Assembly: GCA_913042265.1 (NCBI GenBank)
Contig: CAJWKF010000001.1
Coordinates: forward strand, 1,432-65,431
Length of the DNA: 64,000 bases
Reading direction: 5' to 3'
Source: an uncultured Gammaproteobacteria bacterium
GTDB lineage: Bacteria > Pseudomonadota > Gammaproteobacteria > Nitrosococcales > Methylophagaceae
Made by a program: the position numbers and the translations under genes. Below, in pieces: positions 44,117-55,748 of this stretch. The notes beneath the pieces are model-generated. The model had not been told where the DNA came from and ran no database searches. It worked only from the letters and a program-made list of their open reading frames with translations. Position 1 is the first letter of the stretch. Every line of letters starts with the position of its first letter.

Positions 44117-46282
44117 GTGAATGCAAAGCCGACAGTTGATTCAGAACTAGAGCTCATACATGATGCTGAGCCTAAGATAACAATCGATGATTTGTGTTTT
44201 GCAGCTGCTAATTACCTAGAAAACAGTCAAGTCGAAGATATCCGTCGAGCTTATCACTTTGCTCGCCAGGCTCACCAAGAACAAAAACGTCTCTCTGGTG
44301 AACCATACATTACTCACCCGTTAGCTGTCGCACATGTTTTAGTGATGATGCATATGGATCATGAATGTATTATGGCGGGTCTCTTGCATGATGTAATTGA
44401 AGATACAGAAGTCAATCGTGAAGTCATAGCAGCAGAGTTTAGTGAAGAGGTAGCTTTATTGGTTGATGGAGTTAGTAAGTTGGCTAAAGCAACTTTCGAA
44501 ACCAAGCAGCACGCTCAAGCGGAAAGTTTAAGAAAAATGTTGTTAGCAATGTCGGAAGACATTCGTGTAATTATAGTAAAATTAGCCGACAGATTACACA
44601 ATATGCGTACCCTAAGGCATCTCGGTCCTGAAAAGCGGCGAAGGATTGCTGAAGAAACACTCGATATATATGCTCCAATTGCACAGCGCCTTGGTATGAA
44701 TTTAATGCGATGTGAATTAGAAGATTTGGGTTTTCATGTGTTGTACCCATTGCGTTATCGTGTGTTAGCAAATGAGGTGCGAAAAGCACGAGGTAACCGT
44801 AAAGAAATTGTAGGCCAGATTACTGAAGCTACTATAAAGAGAATGGAACAGGAAGGTTTGACGGCTGATGTACAAGGGCGAGAAAAAAACTTGTATAGTC
44901 TGTATAGGAAGATGGTTGATAAAAAGCTATCGTTTTCTGAGGTATTAGATGTTTATGCTTTTCGCATTGTAGTTGATGATGTTGATTCTTGTTACCGGAT
45001 GCTGGGCGTAGTACATAACCTGTACAAACCATTGCAAAACAAGTTTAAAGACTATATTGCTATTCCTAAAGCAAACGGTTATCAGTCATTACATACTGTT
45101 TTATTTGGTCCTTACGGTATGCCTGTCGAGATACAAATTCGGTCGCGGGATATGGATAAAATGGCAGAAGCTGGTGTGGCTGCTCACTGGTTGTATAAAG
45201 CTGGCGAAAATGAAAGTGGTAACTTAGCTCACCGATATGCAAGGCAATGGCTTCAAGGGTTGCTGGAGATCCAGAAAAACTCGGGGGATTCGATTGAGTT
45301 TTTAGAGAATTTACGGATTGATTTATTTCCAGAAGAAATTTATGTTTTTACCCCAGCAGGTAAAATCATGGCCCTGCCGAAAGGAGCTACAGCCGTCGAC
45401 TTTGCTTATGCTGTGCACACTGATGTTGGTAATCATTGTGTTGCTGCAAAAGTTGGCTGGCATTTAGTTCCGCTCAGTACGCCATTAGAGACTGGTCAAT
45501 CGGTTGAAATTATCACTACAAGTTCATCACATCCGAATGCTAGTTGGCTAAACTTTGTAACGACGGTGAAAGCCAGAACAAACATAAGACATTATTTGAA
45601 GCAGTTACGTAATGATGAGGCCGCGTTGCTAGGACGGCACATGTTAGCTAAAAATTTACAGGCATTTTCAAGTAGTATCGATGCTCTCACAGAGCAAAAA
45701 GTGGCTGATGTTGTGAGAGAGTTTGAACTAGAGAATTTTAATCAGTTATTGGAAGGTATAGGCCTTGGCGATCGTTCCGCATTATTGATAGCCCAGAAAT
45801 TGGTCAATGGAGATGACAATCTTGGTGAGGTGCCACCTCAAGCCTTACTTATCGCTGGAACGGAAGGTATGGTAGTTAATTTCGGTCGATGTTGTCATCC
45901 TATACCGGGTGATCCTATACATGGTTTTATTAGTGCTGGACGAGGTATTGTTGTCCACCAGGATAATTGTAAAACAACTATGAGTTTACGAGATCAAAGT
46001 GAAAAGTGGTTAGAAGTTGCATGGGCTACAGACATAAACCGTGAGTTTTCAGTGGAGATATTAGTGCATGTTAAAAATGAACGTGGAGCGCTAGCGACGA
46101 TCGCGGCGGCTGTTTCAGAAAATAATTCAAATATTGATAATGTAATTGTTGATGAGCGTGATAGTGAGTATAGCGATTTACGTTTAACCATTGGTGTATT
46201 AAGTCGAAAGCATTTGGCAAATATCATTCGACGGTTGAGGCGGATTAAGATGGTTGAACGTATTACACGACTAAAACAGTAA
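44117..46282 (+). CDS. spoT: bifunctional (p)ppGpp synthetase/hydrolase
   Basis: HD hydrolase motif (HDVIEDT) plus RelA/SpoT synthetase, TGS and ACT domains. Size 721 aa, GTG start. Confidence 0.92.
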   Translation: MNAKPTVDSELELIHDAEPKITIDDLCFAAANYLENSQVEDIRRAYHFARQAHQEQKRLSGEPYITHPLAVAHVLVMMHMDHECIMAGLLHDVIEDTEVNREVIAAEFSEEVALLVDGVSKLAKATFETKQHAQAESLRKMLLAMSEDIRVIIVKLADRLHNMRTLRHLGPEKRRRIAEETLDIYAPIAQRLGMNLMRCELEDLGFHVLYPLRYRVLANEVRKARGNRKEIVGQITEATIKRMEQEGLTADVQGREKNLYSLYRKMVDKKLSFSEVLDVYAFRIVVDDVDSCYRMLGVVHNLYKPLQNKFKDYIAIPKANGYQSLHTVLFGPYGMPVEIQIRSRDMDKMAEAGVAAHWLYKAGENESGNLAHRYARQWLQGLLEIQKNSGDSIEFLENLRIDLFPEEIYVFTPAGKIMALPKGATAVDFAYAVHTDVGNHCVAAKVGWHLVPLSTPLETGQSVEIITTSSSHPNASWLNFVTTVKARTNIRHYLKQLRNDEAALLGRHMLAKNLQAFSSSIDALTEQKVADVVREFELENFNQLLEGIGLGDRSALLIAQKLVNGDDNLGEVPPQALLIAGTEGMVVNFGRCCHPIPGDPIHGFISAGRGIVVHQDNCKTTMSLRDQSEKWLEVAWATDINREFSVEILVHVKNERGALATIAAAVSENNSNIDNVIVDERDSEYSDLRLTIGVLSRKHLANIIRRLRRIKMVERITRLKQ

Positions 46283-46304
46283 GAGCATATTGGAGAGTTT
46301 ATAT

Positions 46305-46691
46305 ATGGCACGTCAAATTATTCACACCGCAAAAGCACCTCAAGCAATTGGGACATATTCACAAGCGGTTAAGGTTGGTGGTGTAGTTTATTTATCAGGT
46401 CAAATCCCCTTAGTACCAGAGACTATGGAGATAATTGATGGTGATTTTTCTGCTCAAGTAAGACTTGTCTTCGACAACCTATTAGCTGTAGCGGAAGCGG
46501 CTGGAGGTACTCTACAAGATATTGTGAAGTTGAATATTTTCTTAACAGACTTAAGCCACTTTGCAACCGTGAATGAAATTATGGCTGAATACTTTGAGCA
46601 ACCATATCCTGCTCGTGCTGCAATTGGTGTTGCTTCTTTACCAAAAGCAGTGTCGGTTGAAATGGATGGTGTTATGCATATTGATGCATAA
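46305..46691 (+). CDS. ridA: RidA-family reactive-intermediate deaminase
   Basis: YjgF/RidA pattern ([12 protein letters not shown]...GQIPL...[12 protein letters not shown]). GGAG lies upstream of ATG 46305. Confidence 0.9.
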   Translation: MARQIIHTAKAPQAIGTYSQAVKVGGVVYLSGQIPLVPETMEIIDGDFSAQVRLVFDNLLAVAEAAGGTLQDIVKLNIFLTDLSHFATVNEIMAEYFEQPYPARAAIGVASLPKAVSVEMDGVMHIDA

Positions 46692-46711
46692 CTTAGAGTC
46701 AGATAATATCA

Positions 46712-48808
46712 TTGGCTGCTAGCGAAGCTAATGCATTAACACAGCCTATTACTGCACTAAAAGGAGTGGGTAACAAAGTTGCTGAGCGTTTGCATAAGTT
46801 AGGTATTAATCAGATCCAAGATCTGTTGTTTCACCTCCCTCTACGCTATCAAGATAGAACTCAATTATTACCAATGGGTAGCTTGAGAGCTGGACAAGAA
46901 GGCTTAGCTGAGGGAACGATCCGCTTGAGTCAAGTCACGTTTGGACGACGCCGCACTTTACTCTGTTATCTTGATGATGATACGGGCTCTATAGTTTTGC
47001 GGTTTTTTCATTTTTCAAAAGTACAACAACAGCAATTATCGCAAGGCATACGGGTACGCTGTTTTGGTGAGATACGCAAAGGACCTTCTTCACTAGAGAT
47101 GGTCCATCCCGAATATAGCATTATTCCAACAGATACTATTGTCCCAGTGGATGCTGAATTGACACCGATATATCCAACGACAGAAGGCTTACATCAGCTA
47201 AGTTTTAGAAAATTTATTAAGCAGGCGTTGGTATATTTGACTGATGGAGTATCGTTACCAGAATTAATACCAGCAGCAGCACGTTTGCATGTTGTTGCAG
47301 GCTCTTCTTTAGCAGAGGCCTTACGCTTTGTGCATCATCCACCACGAGATGTGAATGTGCAATTATTAATGGATAGGCGTCACCCCAAACAGCGTCGGTT
47401 GGCCTATGAAGAATTACTGGCACAGCATTTAAGCTTACGTAAAATCCGTTCGAAAATGCAAAGTCATAAAGCGCCTATTATAAGCACTGATGGCCAGCAA
47501 CAAAATGCTTTACTGGCTGCGCTACCTTTTTCACTTACAACTGCTCAGCAACGCGTTATCAAGGATATTTTGAAAGACATTAAGTTAGGCCTCCCAATGC
47601 AGCGCCTGGTACAAGGCGATGTGGGTTCGGGTAAAACTATTGTCGCGGCTTTAGCCGTTTTAGAATCTGTTACAGCTGGTTATCAGGCAGCTATGATGGC
47701 TCCAACAGAACTACTTGCAGAACAACATTTTCAAACCTTTAAAAACTGGTTGTCTCCTTTGGGTATCAAAGTGGGGTGGTGTGTAGGTAAGCAGACGGTT
47801 GTTGAGAAGCGTCGCGTAATGGCAGAGTTAGTTCAAGGTGAAATTGATGTGTTGGTGGGTACGCATGCTTTATTCCAAGATAATGTGATATTTTCTCGTT
47901 TGGGGTTAGTGGTTATTGACGAGCAACATCGCTTTGGTGTCCACCAACGCTTAGCGCTGAGAGATAAAGGGCGAAAGGCTAATATTTTTCCGCACCAATT
48001 AGTGATGACAGCAACCCCTATTCCAAGAACTTTGGCAATGACTGCCTATGCAGATCTAGATGTTTCAGTGATTGATGAATTGCCCCCGGGTAGGACAGTG
48101 ATTTCAACAGCTGTGATTCCAGATACGCGTCGTCAAAATATTATTGAAAGGGTTCATATTGCTTGCCAACAAAGTAGACAGGTCTATTGGGTTTGTACAT
48201 TAGTTGAAGAATCGGAACATTTACAATGTAAAGCTGCTGAGGATGCAGCATCAGAGTTACAGGTGGCCCTACCTGACTGTCGTGTTGGCTTAGTTCATGG
48301 ACGAATGAAGTCTGCAGAAAAAGATCAAGTAATGATGCGTTTCAAATCTGGTGAAATCGATCTATTAGTTGCTACAACAGTCATTGAAGTCGGTGTTGAT
48401 GTTCCGAATGCTAGTTTGATGGTGATTGAGAATGCAGAACGTTTAGGCCTGGCACAGTTACATCAATTACGTGGCCGAGTGGGGCGTGGTAAAGTAGAAA
48501 GTCAGTGTGTACTTATGTATCGATCACCGTTGTCAGAAAATGGTCAATCACGTTTAAGTTGTTTGCGTAATACTAATGATGGGTTTTTGATTGCGCAGCG
48601 CGATTTAGAGTTACGCGGTCCTGGAGAATTATTGGGTACGAGGCAGACTGGGTTACCCGAATTTAGAGTTGCTAATTTGATGGAAGATCAAGATTTGATT
48701 AATGTGATGTCAGCCGCCGCGGATTACTTATTGGCGGTGTCACCGGAAAACAGTGATGCTTTAGTTCAGCGGTGGTTTGGACATAAAATTGATTTTGGAC
48801 AGGTGTAG
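46712..48808 (+). CDS. recG: ATP-dependent DNA helicase RecG
   Basis: Wedge domain, Walker A (GDVGSGKT), DEQH box and the GRVGRG motif. TTG start. Confidence 0.95.
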   Translation: MAASEANALTQPITALKGVGNKVAERLHKLGINQIQDLLFHLPLRYQDRTQLLPMGSLRAGQEGLAEGTIRLSQVTFGRRRTLLCYLDDDTGSIVLRFFHFSKVQQQQLSQGIRVRCFGEIRKGPSSLEMVHPEYSIIPTDTIVPVDAELTPIYPTTEGLHQLSFRKFIKQALVYLTDGVSLPELIPAAARLHVVAGSSLAEALRFVHHPPRDVNVQLLMDRRHPKQRRLAYEELLAQHLSLRKIRSKMQSHKAPIISTDGQQQNALLAALPFSLTTAQQRVIKDILKDIKLGLPMQRLVQGDVGSGKTIVAALAVLESVTAGYQAAMMAPTELLAEQHFQTFKNWLSPLGIKVGWCVGKQTVVEKRRVMAELVQGEIDVLVGTHALFQDNVIFSRLGLVVIDEQHRFGVHQRLALRDKGRKANIFPHQLVMTATPIPRTLAMTAYADLDVSVIDELPPGRTVISTAVIPDTRRQNIIERVHIACQQSRQVYWVCTLVEESEHLQCKAAEDAASELQVALPDCRVGLVHGRMKSAEKDQVMMRFKSGEIDLLVATTVIEVGVDVPNASLMVIENAERLGLAQLHQLRGRVGRGKVESQCVLMYRSPLSENGQSRLSCLRNTNDGFLIAQRDLELRGPGELLGTRQTGLPEFRVANLMEDQDLINVMSAAADYLLAVSPENSDALVQRWFGHKIDFGQV

Positions 48809-48829
48809 TATGCTGGTCGGGCTATTGTT

Positions 48830-49366
48830 ATGAAGGGCTTAACACAGTGGCATCGACCACAGCGACGTTTGATGCCCTCAAACATAGCTGAGTGGTTACT
48901 TCATAAAGGCTCGCTCACGCGGCGATTAAAAGAACATAACCAAGATGTTTTTTCAGTCGATTTATTGGGTAATAGCTGGATTAAACCATTAACTGATGAA
49001 AGTTTGTCTTTAAAGTTGTCACTAAATGAGCTTAGCTATCAGCGAGAAGTGCGCTTAATGGATGGAGATAGAGCAAATGTTTATGCGCGAACAATAGTAC
49101 CTAGAACAACATATATGAGTATGCAACATCGCTTCAATAAATTGGGAAATAAACCACTAGGGGAGTTGTTGTTTTCGGATCCAACCGTGACTCGTGGTCG
49201 TATTGAAATTGCTTGCATAAAACCGGGGCAATGGCTATATGAGATAGCGTTGTTAGAAGAAGATGAACGCCCACAATTATTATGGGGGAGGCGTTCTGAG
49301 TTTTATATTACGGGCAAGGTACTACTTGTTAATGAAATTTTTTTACCAGCTCTATATTCGCGATGA
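48830..49366 (+). CDS. ubiC: chorismate pyruvate-lyase
   Basis: Size, UbiC-like sequence and ATGA coupling to ubiA. Confidence 0.8.
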   Translation: MKGLTQWHRPQRRLMPSNIAEWLLHKGSLTRRLKEHNQDVFSVDLLGNSWIKPLTDESLSLKLSLNELSYQREVRLMDGDRANVYARTIVPRTTYMSMQHRFNKLGNKPLGELLFSDPTVTRGRIEIACIKPGQWLYEIALLEEDERPQLLWGRRSEFYITGKVLLVNEIFLPALYSR

Positions 49367-50223
49367 TGAGAGAGAAGTTACCTAATTATATCCAACTAAT
49401 GCGCCTAGATAAGCCTATAGGTATCTTATTGTTGTTATGGCCAACTTTGTCGGCATTATGGATAGCTGCTGAGGGTGTGCCGGACTTATTAGTGTTAACT
49501 GTGTTCACACTAGGAGTCATTGTGATGCGAAGTGCGGGCTGTGTGATTAATGATTATGCAGATAAAGATATAGACAGCCGAGTGCGTAGAACAATGGGAC
49601 GGCCATTAGCAACCGGTGCGCTGAAAGGTAAAGATGCTTTGTGGCTATTCGCTGCTTTATCTACGATAGCTTTTTTTCTAGTGTTACTTCTTAATATGCT
49701 GACTATTTTGATGTCAATTATTGGCTTGTTTTTAGCAGCAACATACCCTTTTATGAAGCGTTATACACATTTTCCTCAAGTTTATTTAGGGATGGCATTT
49801 GGTTGGGCTATTCCAATGGCCTTTGCAGCTCAGACTGGAAGTGTTCCAGTAATAGCATGGTTATTATTTTTAGCTAATATAATATGGTCAATTATTTATG
49901 ATACTTTTTATGCGATGGTTGATCGAGACGATGACCTGTTGGCTGGAGTTAAGTCGACAGCTGTGCTCTTTGGTAATAATGACAGAGTAATTATTGCCAT
50001 TTTACAACTCACTTTTATTGTGATGATGGCAACAATTGGCCGACAGCTAGAAATGAGTTTTGTATACTACCTGGGCTTGTTAGTATCTGCGGGGTTGTTT
50101 GTTTATCAACAACGCTTGGCATGGGCTAGTGGAATAGAAAATTACTCGAAGGCATTTCTTAATAATAACTGGGTAGGAGCGTCATTTTTTGTAACTATAG
50201 TTGCACATTACGCTATCATTTGA
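49363..50223 (+). CDS. ubiA: 4-hydroxybenzoate polyprenyltransferase
   Basis: NDYADKDID prenyltransferase motif. Polytopic protein of 286 aa. Confidence 0.95.
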   Translation: MMREKLPNYIQLMRLDKPIGILLLLWPTLSALWIAAEGVPDLLVLTVFTLGVIVMRSAGCVINDYADKDIDSRVRRTMGRPLATGALKGKDALWLFAALSTIAFFLVLLLNMLTILMSIIGLFLAATYPFMKRYTHFPQVYLGMAFGWAIPMAFAAQTGSVPVIAWLLFLANIIWSIIYDTFYAMVDRDDDLLAGVKSTAVLFGNNDRVIIAILQLTFIVMMATIGRQLEMSFVYYLGLLVSAGLFVYQQRLAWASGIENYSKAFLNNNWVGASFFVTIVAHYAII

Positions 50224-50498
50224 ACCGTGCGTATGGGGCCATACACATAAATGTCTAGTGGTATATCAACTAATGAAATGATGGCGACTTTTTTTGGTAT
50301 TACCTTCAGAATAGACTCGTTTTATTGAAAGTGAGTACAAATAGTAAAAAAGCTCTGTGGTTCAGTCTGAGTAGACACTGCGTTTGACATAGTTTGCTGT
50401 ATAATGTGTTAATTTTAGATGTCACTTTTGTGTCTAGGTGTTGTTAGTCAATTCAATAACACTTAAGATAAATCTATTTATTTATTTGAAGTATTATC

Positions 50499-51503
50499 AT
50501 GCCTAAAAATATAGCTAATCCTGATCAAACAATTCGTCATGACTGGCAGCTTGAGCAAGTAGAGAGCTTATATGCCCTACCTTTTGCTGATTTAATGTTC
50601 CGAGCCCAGACTCTTCATCGTGCTAACTTTGACCCTAATGTAGTTCAAGTGAGTACGCTATTAAGTATAAAAACCGGTGGTTGCGCTGAAGATTGTGGAT
50701 ATTGTCCACAAAGTGCACATCATGAATCTGCAGTTAAAGCCACACCTCTGATGCCCCTAGAGCGAGTATTAGAAAATGCCACGAAGGCGAAAGAATCAGG
50801 TGCGAGTCGCTTTTGCATGGGTGCTGCTTGGCGTAATTTAAAAGATCGCGATCTTGAACGAATTGCAGCTATGGTGTCGGGCGTTAAAGATCTAGGTCTA
50901 GAAACTTGTGTGACCTTAGGTATGTTAGAAGGGCATCAAGCAACACGTTTAAAAGAAGCGGGCCTTGATTACTACAACCATAATTTAGACACCTCGCCCG
51001 AGTTTTATGGCGACGTTATCTCTACTCGCACATATCAAGATCGCTTGGATACTTTAGACCATGTTCGCGATGCGAATATTAATGTGTGTAGTGGTGGAAT
51101 TGTTGGTATGGGAGAGAACCCAGAAGATCGCGCTGGCTTATTGATGGCTTTAGCTAATTTACCAGCACACCCACAAAGTGTGCCGATTAATTTGTTAGTA
51201 CAAGTCGAAGGTACGCCGATGGCAGAAATGGAAACACTCGACCCACTTGATTTCGTTAGAACGATTGCAGTAGCCAGGTTAATGATGCCTAAATCGATGG
51301 TCAGATTGTCAGCAGGCCGTGAACACATGAGTGACGAATTACAAGCAATGACTTTTTTGGCCGGTGCTAACTCTATTTTTTATGGTGAAAAGTTGTTGAC
51401 TACAGACAATCCCGATACTGCACACGACCAGAAATTATTTGCTCGTTTAGGTATCAATATCCTACAAGATTCTGATGCCGGTGAACACGCATCAGCTGCT
51501 TAA
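50499..51503 (+). CDS. bioB: biotin synthase
   Basis: Radical SAM motif [11 protein letters not shown] and full-length BioB-like sequence. Confidence 0.97.
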   Translation: MPKNIANPDQTIRHDWQLEQVESLYALPFADLMFRAQTLHRANFDPNVVQVSTLLSIKTGGCAEDCGYCPQSAHHESAVKATPLMPLERVLENATKAKESGASRFCMGAAWRNLKDRDLERIAAMVSGVKDLGLETCVTLGMLEGHQATRLKEAGLDYYNHNLDTSPEFYGDVISTRTYQDRLDTLDHVRDANINVCSGGIVGMGENPEDRAGLLMALANLPAHPQSVPINLLVQVEGTPMAEMETLDPLDFVRTIAVARLMMPKSMVRLSAGREHMSDELQAMTFLAGANSIFYGEKLLTTDNPDTAHDQKLFARLGINILQDSDAGEHASAA

Positions 51504-52685
51504 GTGGCCAGTTTACCATGGTCAAAAGCACTAGCAGCTACTTTAGCTGAGAGGCAATCAGCTGGCCGCTATCGCCGCCTTCGAACGCGTTCAGGTGAAC
51601 AAGGTGTTAGCGTCATTATCGATGGTAAAGAAATGTTGTCATTTTGTAGTAATGACTATCTTGGACTTGCTGCCCACCCCACTATCACAAAAGCCTTTAT
51701 CAGCGCCGCAGAGACTGAGGGTGTTGGCAGCGGAGCCGCCCATTTATTAAGTGGCCATAGTTCTTATCATCAACAATTAGAAGAAGCTTTAGCTGATTTT
51801 ATGGGCCAAGAATCTGTGCTGCTATTCTCATCGGGGTATCAGGCTAATTTAGGTGTGATTGATGGTCTTATGTCACGTGGTGACGCTGTGATTCAAGATA
51901 AGTTAAATCATGCGTCACTTTTGGATGGTGGGCGTCTATCAGCTGCTAAATCATTGCGATATCAGCATGTAGATATGGAGTCTTTACAAAGACGCTTAAG
52001 TCAAACTAAGGGTAATGCTTGCCGCCTAGTAGTCACTGATGGTGTTTTTAGTATGGATGGAGACTTGGCGCCTCTCGAACCATTGATTCAACTAACACAA
52101 ACGTATCAAGCAGCCCTGATGGTGGATGACGCACATGCTATCGGTGTTTTAGGTGAGCACGGCAGAGGATCGGTTGAACATTGGGAAGTCAAAGAAGATC
52201 AGATGCCGATTGTGATGGGTACCTTAGGCAAGGCATTTGGTACAGCAGGTGCCTTTGTTGCAGCGGATAAAGATGTTATTGAAACATTGACCCAGCAATC
52301 TCGAACCTTTGTGTATACGACAGCACAGCCAGCGGCCGTTGCAGCTGCTTCATTGGCAAGTCTAGCATTGGTTAAATCTGAAAACTGGCGTCGTGAAAAG
52401 CTACAGACATTAATCGAACAGTTTAGGAAAGGTGCTACTGAATTAGGCTTAGCAACTATGAACTCATTGACGCCTATACAACCAATCATGATTGGTGATG
52501 ATAAAAAAGCTGTGGTAATTGGGCAGGAGTTAGAATCTCGAGGGTTTTTACTAGGAGTAGTTAGAACACCGACTGTCCCCATGGGTTCCGCAAGATTACG
52601 TGTAACCCTATCAACTAACCATACAGAACAAAACATTCAGCAACTTTTAGAAGTTCTAGAGGATGTGTTATGCACATCTCAGTAA
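51504..52685 (+). CDS. bioF: 8-amino-7-oxononanoate synthase
   Basis: Alpha-oxoamine synthase fold with the PLP-lysine region GTLGKAFG. GTG start immediately after the bioB stop. Confidence 0.92.
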   Translation: MASLPWSKALAATLAERQSAGRYRRLRTRSGEQGVSVIIDGKEMLSFCSNDYLGLAAHPTITKAFISAAETEGVGSGAAHLLSGHSSYHQQLEEALADFMGQESVLLFSSGYQANLGVIDGLMSRGDAVIQDKLNHASLLDGGRLSAAKSLRYQHVDMESLQRRLSQTKGNACRLVVTDGVFSMDGDLAPLEPLIQLTQTYQAALMVDDAHAIGVLGEHGRGSVEHWEVKEDQMPIVMGTLGKAFGTAGAFVAADKDVIETLTQQSRTFVYTTAQPAAVAAASLASLALVKSENWRREKLQTLIEQFRKGATELGLATMNSLTPIQPIMIGDDKKAVVIGQELESRGFLLGVVRTPTVPMGSARLRVTLSTNHTEQNIQQLLEVLEDVLCTSQ

Positions 52686-53443
52686 GAGGACAAGGCCCAG
52701 ATCTAGTGATGCTCCATGGCTGGAGTATGCATAGTTGTGTTTGGAGTGAATTGGCAGAGGCTTTAACTAGTAGATATACTCTACATTTAGTCGATCTTCC
52801 CGGACATGGACAGAGTGATTGGGAGCCTGGTGCATTTGATATTGAAAGTTTACTTGCACAATTAGGAAGGCGCTTGCCTCAAACGGCCTATTGGGTTGGC
52901 TGGTCTTTAGGTGGATTAATTAGCTTAGCGTATTCAGATCGTTTCCCTGAGCGAGTTAACAAACTAATTTTAGTAGCTACGACGCCATGTTTCATCAAAA
53001 AGGAAGATTGGCAGTCAGCAATACAGGATGATGTTCTCCGTGAATTCTCTGATAAGTTAGCGCATCATCAGAAAGATACTTTACAACGGTTTTTAATTCT
53101 GCAAGCACGAGGAGCAGTAAAAAGTCGTGAGACTATTAAGACTTTAGCTAGACAATTAGTTACGCAAGGGCCTGCAAATTCAGAAGCGTTAATAGATGGT
53201 TTGTCTTTATTAATTAATTTGGATCTGCGACTAGCGTTGTCGAGGTTAAAATGTCCTATAAAATTAGTTTTGGGCGAACGAGATAGCCTAATTCCTCATA
53301 CTATGGAAGCTGACGCACGCTCATTAAATAGTGCATTAGAAGTAGTGTTGATAAAGGGTGCAGGACATGCCCCTTTTATCTCCCACCCAGTTGAATGTGA
53401 ACAAGCTGTAATGACTTTTTTTGAATCGGAAAAGTCAAGATGA
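52670..53443 (+). CDS. bioH: pimeloyl-ACP methyl ester esterase
   Basis: Alpha/beta hydrolase with nucleophile elbow GWSLGG, sitting within the bio operon. Confidence 0.85.
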   Translation: MHISVRGQGPDLVMLHGWSMHSCVWSELAEALTSRYTLHLVDLPGHGQSDWEPGAFDIESLLAQLGRRLPQTAYWVGWSLGGLISLAYSDRFPERVNKLILVATTPCFIKKEDWQSAIQDDVLREFSDKLAHHQKDTLQRFLILQARGAVKSRETIKTLARQLVTQGPANSEALIDGLSLLINLDLRLALSRLKCPIKLVLGERDSLIPHTMEADARSLNSALEVVLIKGAGHAPFISHPVECEQAVMTFFESEKSR

Positions 53444-54342
53444 CTGAACAGTTTAGATTGACGAAGGCCCTAGTAGCCAAATCATTTGGACAAGCTGCTA
53501 TGCATTATGACGATGTGGCCGTGTTGCAGCGTCAAACAGGTGATGAGTTATTAGAAAGGTTGTCACTGGTAAAGTTATCACCTAAACGTATCTTAGATTT
53601 AGGTGCGGGGACTGGACGCAATTTATCACAACTGGCAGGGCGCTACCCTAATGCTGAACTGGTAGCTATTGATATTGCACCAGCTATGCTCCAAAAAGCG
53701 AAACTGAATTTTCAAAAGGCTATGGGCTTTAAACGCTGGTTACCTAAACAAAAAAAACCAGTACTTTTAGTGGGTGATGCAGAAAGCTTGCCATTGACTG
53801 ATAATTCGGTTGACTTGGTGTTTGCTAACTTAGCACTGCAATGGTGTGATTTAAAGAGTAGTTTTGCTGAAATTGAGCGTGTTTTAAGACCTGATGGCTT
53901 ATTAATGTTTACCTCTTTGGGACCTGATACATTGTATGAATTACGTGAAGCTTGGGCCAGCGTTGATAACTATCCGCATATAAATATTTTTTACGATATG
54001 CATGATGTGGGAGAAGCGATGGTGAACGCGAAGTTGGCAGAGCCTGTCTTGGATATGGATCGTTATGTACTGACATATGATACGGTGAAAGCACTAATGA
54101 AAGACTTGAAAATACTAGGTGCAAGTAATGTCAACAACGGGCGACGGCGAGGGCTAACAAGCCGACTGGCACTTAAAAAAGTTGCGAATTATTACGAGAA
54201 ATATCGCGATAACAAGGTGTTACCAGCAAGTTATGAAGTCATTTTTGGCCATGCTTGGGGCCCAATAGATAGCAGCCAGGCAACAGATAAAGATGGAACT
54301 GTGCATATTCCTGTTAGCCAAATAAAAGGACTGGGCAGATGA
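53440..54342 (+). CDS. bioC: malonyl-ACP O-methyltransferase
   Basis: SAM motif ILDLGAGTG. ATGA coupling to bioH upstream and bioD downstream. Confidence 0.85.
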   Translation: MTEQFRLTKALVAKSFGQAAMHYDDVAVLQRQTGDELLERLSLVKLSPKRILDLGAGTGRNLSQLAGRYPNAELVAIDIAPAMLQKAKLNFQKAMGFKRWLPKQKKPVLLVGDAESLPLTDNSVDLVFANLALQWCDLKSSFAEIERVLRPDGLLMFTSLGPDTLYELREAWASVDNYPHINIFYDMHDVGEAMVNAKLAEPVLDMDRYVLTYDTVKALMKDLKILGASNVNNGRRRGLTSRLALKKVANYYEKYRDNKVLPASYEVIFGHAWGPIDSSQATDKDGTVHIPVSQIKGLGR

Positions 54343-55007
54343 CTAGTTTGTTTGTTACAGGTACTGATACTGGCGTGGGTAAGACGCAAATTTCTTTAGC
54401 ACTAATAAGCTTGCTTAAACAACGAGGCCAGCGTGTGGCTGGAATGAAACCTATCGCAAGTGGGTGTTATATGACGCCTGATGGATTACGCAATGATGAT
54501 GCTATGGTTCTAAATCAGCAGGCAAACGTCCAGTTGAATTACGATGACATTAACCCATATGCTTTTGAACTTCCAATTGCGCCCCATATTGCTGCTAGAA
54601 AGATAGGGGAGGAGATTGATGCAAGTGTCATTCATCGTCAGTTTTATCAAATCCAGAAAAAGGCTGATAGTGTTGTTGTTGAGGGTGCTGGTGGTTGGTT
54701 TGTGCCCATTAATAATAAGTTGACGATGGCTGATGTTGCAATAAGATTAGGGCTACCTGTTGTATTGGTTGTTGGGATTCGATTAGGCTGTATAAATCAT
54801 GCTTTACTAACAGTTGAGGCGATTAAATGCAGTGGCTTGCCATTTTATGGATGGGTAGCGAATAATATTGTGGAAAATACGGAGTCTGATGCCATTATTG
54901 AGAGCTTGAAAGACCGTATCCCTACGCCTTGTCTGGGTGTGGTCCCCGTCCTATCGGCAACTCAGGTAGCGATAGATCATATTACTTTGCTAGATTCTGG
55001 AAAATAA
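54339..55007 (+). CDS. bioD: dethiobiotin synthase
   Basis: P-loop GTDTGVGKT. Size 222 aa. Confidence 0.93.
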   Translation: MTSLFVTGTDTGVGKTQISLALISLLKQRGQRVAGMKPIASGCYMTPDGLRNDDAMVLNQQANVQLNYDDINPYAFELPIAPHIAARKIGEEIDASVIHRQFYQIQKKADSVVVEGAGGWFVPINNKLTMADVAIRLGLPVVLVVGIRLGCINHALLTVEAIKCSGLPFYGWVANNIVENTESDAIIESLKDRIPTPCLGVVPVLSATQVAIDHITLLDSGK

Positions 55008-55639
55008 ATCACCTCATCACCTTGCTGCCAGGGTGCGAGCTTTACCATACTGCTGTTGAATAATTCGGAGGTTATGAACTTCTCCAGCCAGGCCTGTATT
55101 TTAGGATAGGGTGCCACATCAAACCAAGCCTTGTTGACGAAAGCAAACTGCCTAATAAATGGAAGTAGAGCAACATCTACCATAGTTAAGCGATTGCTTA
55201 CTAAGTAGGTATTGTGAATAAGGTTGTGCTCTAAATTAATAAGGATTAATTCGGCTTGTTGTCGATAATATAACTCGCTATTTTCAGGGTATCGGTCAGA
55301 ATATTTGTACCGGTCTAAGAAATGTTTGAAGGTCTGGTCATTAACGTAAGTGAGTTCTGAGGTTAGTTGTTCTTCCTTCGTATCACTAGGTAGCCATTTT
55401 TCTGGGTCTGATTGATTTAAAGCCCAATTCATAATATCTATGCTCTCATCGATTATTCTCTCATCTGCAGTTATTAAGACAGGTACAGTAGCTTTTGATG
55501 AGATCCTCAGAAGTGCTGGAGGTTTGTCATTGAGAGTAACCTCACGGATTTCAACGTTTATGCCACTAGTCAAAATAGCAAGTCGAGCGCGTATAGCATA
55601 GGGACAGCGACGAAAGCTGTATAGAATGTGTTTTGTCAC
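54977..55639 (-). CDS. glutathione S-transferase-family protein with a Cys-type (CPYA) active site
   Basis: N-terminal thioredoxin-like domain (LYSFRRCPYAIRARL...VPVL) plus a helical GST C-domain. Confidence 0.8.
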   Translation of the reverse strand: MTKHILYSFRRCPYAIRARLAILTSGINVEIREVTLNDKPPALLRISSKATVPVLITADERIIDESIDIMNWALNQSDPEKWLPSDTKEEQLTSELTYVNDQTFKHFLDRYKYSDRYPENSELYYRQQAELILINLEHNLIHNTYLVSNRLTMVDVALLPFIRQFAFVNKAWFDVAPYPKIQAWLEKFITSELFNSSMVKLAPWQQGDEVIYFPESSKVI

Positions 55640-55748
55640 GAGAAGCTAGAAATAAAGTAATTAGGATTAGGCACAAATAGTTTTTCTTTGAGATAGATGT
55701 TTTAGTCACAAGTATTATTTCATATTCTATGAAAGTAAGTGTACTAAT

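Noticed and set aside
50384-50405. Apparently perfect sigma-70 promoter, TTGACA ... TATAAT, upstream of bioB.
   Set aside because: The two hexamers are only 10 nt apart (16-18 nt are needed), so they cannot act together. Only the TATAAT is retained as a possible -10.
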